Shown: in pieces, positions 12,535 to 64,000 of the stretch
Layout: each line of letters opens with the position of its first letter
How positions within the stretch are numbered: position 1 is the stretch's first letter
DNA from: Eledone cirrhosa
Taxonomy: Eukaryota
Assembly: GCA_964016885.1 (NCBI GenBank)
Contig: OZ024763.1
Span: 20,832,001 to 20,896,000, forward strand
Direction of reading: 5' to 3'
Length of the DNA: 64,000 nt
The notes under the pieces: model-generated
What the model was told of the DNA's origin: nothing
Databases searched by the model: none
What the model saw: the letters and a program-made list of their open reading frames with translations, nothing else
Position numbers and translations under genes: made by a program

Positions 12535-12685
12535 TAGAAGTAGTAACACAACAGTTAGTTCACCATACCGAGAACAATTGTTTCACCTTATGCGGATCTT
12601 CAGCTCATACTCCGAGCTGAAGATCCGCATAAGGTGAAACAATTGTTCTTAGTATGGTGAACTAACTGCTGTGTTACTACTTCTA
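12535..12685. ncRNA. Inverted pair of minimal type-I hammerhead ribozyme motifs (Penelope-like pLTR type)
   Basis: gag-CTGAAGA-tcc-gcataa-ggt-GAAAC-AATT-GTT-ct(c/t) occurs on both strands (plus-strand core at 12617). Stem III is reduced to the palindrome AACAATTGTT and stem I is gag/ctc. A truncated copy of the same family lies at ~19886-19945 (-). Confidence 0.7.
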
Positions 12686-12841
12686 CCAAACTCGCCCCAT
12701 GGACTGAGTGCTCTACTACTACAGATATTACCTTCCAGTGTTCTACCTTTATATATCTCGTTAAGATACCGTTATAGATCCCGTTAAGGGTGAAAGCAGC
12801 GATTCTTTGCTTAAACTTTAATCTGTTATTTTAATAAATAA

Positions 12842-12903
<62 letters not shown>

Positions 12904-13039
12904 GTGTGTTGTAAGAGACAACTAAAATGGTTGGTGCCAGGAAGAGGAACTGATTGTAAAACATTCTCAAAACATTCCATCCACCCCATGCCAAAATGGA
13001 AATGTTTAAGTCTAAAGTCTGATTTAATCCATTTAAGAC

Positions 13040-13298
13040 TTGTAAGGCCGATGCTTATCCCAGTTTGATGGCGTGAAGTGACTGAGAGTACAAGGTTCCC
13101 CCTTGGACAGGACGCTAATCCATCACAGGGTTAAACCCCCAGCTATTGCTGGTACTCATTTTCAGCTGAGTATATTGGAGCAACATGAAATGAAGTGTTT
13201 TGCTCAAGAACACAACATACAACCCAGCCCAGGAATTGAACCCACGACATTATGATAGTAAGTCTAACACCCTTACCACTAGGCCACATGCCTCCACA
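13040..13298 (-). mobile_element. tRNA-derived SINE, family A (other copies ~2805-2925, 9005-9250, 20560-20692, 27190-27345, 31545-31665)
   Basis: tRNA-like head GGAGGCATGTGGCCTAGTGGT (A box)...GGTTCAATTCC (B box), followed by a shared body ttcacgttgctccagt..ctcagctg. Confidence 0.75.
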
Positions 13299-13336
13299 AG
13301 CATGGAAAAGGGGACAAAAACGATTAAAATGATATG

Positions 13337-13950
<614 letters not shown>

Positions 13951-14339
13951 AAGGTATACTCAAGACTTGTGTTCAGCAAGCCTTTTCAATTAATAATAAC
14001 AATAATAAAAGTATTTAGAATAAATTGCGAAATTGTGATTATTTAAGATTTTATTGAGAAGTTATTTTTTTTTCCTTCCAAAACTGTAGAGCAATTACAA
14101 TATATTTCTGACTATTGTATTTTTTTTTATGGTGGGGAGGGACAAATAATGGGCTATGGGAGTTCAGCTGATGGTGATAAAGAGACAGGTTTCTTGAAAA
14201 CGTTTAAGAAAAGGAGTTTTTCAAGGACACTGTTAGGGGTACAAAACATAAACTTTAATATAATAAATAACTAACAATGTTATTGCTATTTAAATAACTA
14301 ATTCAGATTCATTGGAAAATAACAAATAATATTAATAAT

Positions 14340-14554
14340 GGTTTCTGATTTAGGCACAAGGCCAGCAATTTTGGGGGAGGGGAAAGTCGATTAAATCAAC
14401 CCAGTGCATTACTGGTACTTTATTTTATCAACCCTGTAAGGATGAAAGGCAAAGTTAACCTCGGCAGGATTTGAACTCAGAACGTAAAGGGCCGTAACTC
14501 TATGCCGCGAAGCATGGTGTCCGACGCTCTCCCGATACTGCCAATCCACCGCCC

Positions 14555-14555
<1 letters not shown>
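14340..14555 (-). mobile_element. tRNA-derived SINE, family B (other copies ~10495-10710, 16945-17080, 29650-29838, 38480-38668, 52797-52915)
   Basis: Head GGCGGTGGATTGGCAG...GAGTTCAAATCC (B box), then gaggttaactttgcctttcatcc...gataaaataaagtaccag, repeated across the window. Confidence 0.75.
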
Positions 14556-14590
<35 letters not shown>

Positions 14591-15257
14591 TACACATCTT
14601 GTAAATCTCCCTCACCACATCTCTTATCTACGTCTACTACACTTCAAAATATATTTATATATATACATGCACATTTCAATATGAAATTTGGCTTTTATAT
14701 TAGGATCTCTGCATAATTCATCTACAGGAACAAAGGAGGGAATCTTTTTTTTCTTTCTTTTTAAAGCAAATGTTAGTTTTTTCTTCTTTTCTTTTTGTTT
14801 GATTGTTTGTTTGTTTAGAAAATAGCAGGCTTACAGCAATGCAAATAGGACAAATGCCAGCATAAGAACAACACAAGCTATCTTGCTCCGACTTCAAATA
14901 GTTTCTTTAACTTTTCTTTGATGAGGGGGATTTTCTCACCAAAATATTAAGGGTTAATCAAGGCAACTATCCAACAACTTTGTTATTATTTTTAGCATCT
15001 AATGTCCTCTTTGCATTGCTGTAGACCCCTAAAATAATTTCAAAACACTATTTTCTACACTTTCCACAAGGATTCAAGCAAACTACAACACCCTCATTTC
15101 ATTTTTTTTTTTTTATATCTTACTAAATCGTGGGTAAATGGAATGGTCCAAAAGGTTTTTTTTAAAGTACATAGGGGGCTGCGCTGGTTTAGTGACCAAA
15201 TGACTAATATATTCATATACACATATATATAAACATACATATACATATATATGCAAT

Positions 15258-15311
<54 letters not shown>

Positions 15312-15327
15312 TATATATATATATATA

Positions 15328-15363
<36 letters not shown>

Positions 15364-15395
15364 TATATATATATATATATTCATATATATATATA

Positions 15396-15431
<36 letters not shown>

Positions 15432-15457
15432 TTCATATATATATATATATATATATA

Positions 15458-15491
<34 letters not shown>

Positions 15492-16800
15492 TATATCCAT
15501 ATATATATATATTCATATATCCATATAGACATATATAATGAAATTCCGTTATAATGAAATTCATGGGGTATAAAAAAAAATTTGTAAAGAAAAAATTCTT
15601 TATAACGAGATCAACCGAAATAAACTAAGCGTTTGTTATTAGCTCGGAGATTGAAAAAAATGTTGTTATACTGAAAAATTTGTTATAATGGAATTTTACC
15701 TGAATATATATATATATCATCATCATTTTACGTCTGCTTTTCCCTGCTATATATATAACAAATAGTTTATCCTTCTATATGGCTGAATACAATAAATGTA
15801 ATCTGAGTTTTTTGAATATTAATAATAATATTTGATTCATTTGCAATTATGCAAACAGCCTCTTTAAGCCATCTCAGTAGAATGACCTCGTCATTCCTGC
15901 TCTTGTGTTGGCATGACATGGTTTAAAGAGGCTGTTTGCATTATTGCAAATGAATTGAATATTAATAATATTCGAAAAATTCAGATTACATTTATATATA
16001 TACACACACACACATACATGTATATATATATATATACACATACATGAATGTATATATATATATACACATACATGTATGTATACATATACGCATCCATGTA
16101 TGTATACATATACACATACATGTATATATATAGACATACACATATACATACATAGATACATACACACATATATACACATAAATATATAAACATACATACA
16201 TATACATTTACACACACACATATACATACACAATAAAATATACTAAACAGTAAAAATGTGCTCAGCGACCAGCTCAGCAGTAGAATATGGAAGGGACAGC
16301 AGTGGTACCCACCTTGTTAAAGGATTGTCTGGTAATGTTCATGAGGGGTCTTTTTTAAATTTATTTATCTATCTATTCAACTTTTTTTCTTTTAATTTTC
16401 TCTCCTTGGATCAGCCCCAGGGAGACTAAATAAATAAATAAAAAAATGGAGGGAGGAAGAGGGTGGAGTGTGTCATCTAAGATTAAGGGTGAAATGATGA
16501 CCCTCAGAACAATGTTGAGTCATTGTTGTTGTTTGTTGCTGTTATTGCAGAGGATACAATTGTTTGTTTTTTTATTTGGGGAGGAGGGAGGGGGCCTTTT
16601 TGTTTTTGTTGTTGGAGGGGCTGGGTAACATTATTGAAGTCTAAAAGTCTAAATTAATGTTACTTTTATTTGATTTTCTCCAACTCCTGACTCCCGACCT
16701 CGATCAGTTGTAACCGACCAGCTGGAGCACAAAGGAGAAAAGAGAAAAAAAAAAGGGAAAAAAAAAATTCATTTCATTTCTTCCTACTTGGTCATTACTG

Positions 16801-63491
<46,691 letters not shown>

Positions 63492-63617
63492 CTGTGAATA
63501 GGAAGAAAACAAAATAAAAATAACCCAACACAGAAAAACAGGATGGTGTAGAACAAAGGAGAGACCTAAAATAAAAGCCTAGTCGAGGTCACAGAATATA
63601 GGATAAAAAAGCTTTGA

Positions 63618-64000
63618 CATCATCATCATCCATCTTCCACGCTTGCATGGGTTTGGACAACAATATCCTCTAACAAAATACACCCCCGTCCCACTACCCC
63701 CACCCCTTTAAATGTAAAGTTATGATGGTACCACAACATCCAGTCCGAAACAAATGAGGCCGTGTAGGTGTCACAACAAAAAAACACAGTCCACGCTGTA
63801 ATGTGGCCGTGTAGGTAACACAGTAAAAACCTCCCAGTTCCACACTGTAAATGTGGTTGGTGTTAGGAAGGGCACCCAGCTGTAGAAAACCCGCCAGACA
63901 GTCCTATACGAGCAAGACAACCAATCTTGCCTCAAGTGGGAAAATTCCCGTCCAAACCCGGCAACAAACCTAGGCGACAAGTATACTTAGCTAGGAGGGA
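63618..64000. mobile_element. Rearranged RTE 3' end with an internal inversion
   Basis: A minus-strand tail ((CAT)n..gcttgcatgggtttggac) abuts a plus-strand 3' UTR ending gtccaaaccc, followed by RTE ORF sequence matching 24184-24213. Confidence 0.75.

Overview
AT-rich, repeat-dense eukaryotic (animal) DNA. The repeat complement (RTE LINEs with (GAT)n tails, tRNA-derived SINEs, long (TA)n tracts) resembles that of octopod cephalopods; this is an inference. Four spliced protein-coding genes can be rebuilt by hand. (1) MRPL16 is on the minus strand (4 exons, 250 aa). (2) CPLANE2/RSG1 is head-to-head with it on the plus strand (5 coding exons, ~255-259 aa), and its last intron is a U12-type intron with rare AT-AG termini. 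(3) The 3' part of DNAJC11 is on the minus strand (13 exons, 16801..63491). (4) A complete 7-exon, ~601-aa gene with two MADF domains and a BESS-like motif is nested on the SAME strand inside a 31-kb DNAJC11 intron; it appears to have arisen by tandem duplication and fusion. One intron of the nested gene holds a 6.4-kb array of 31-bp units with higher-order structure. Mobile DNA includes several RTE LINE copies with a PHD-like finger inside the RT region, fragments of a second RTE family and of CR1, a Merlin element with a 9-bp TSD, hAT, Tc1/mariner and piggyBac-like MITEs, a non-autonomous Helitron, and several minimal hammerhead-ribozyme motifs of the Penelope-like type, some as long inverted pairs. 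Most short ORFs in the track are microsatellite or antisense artefacts.
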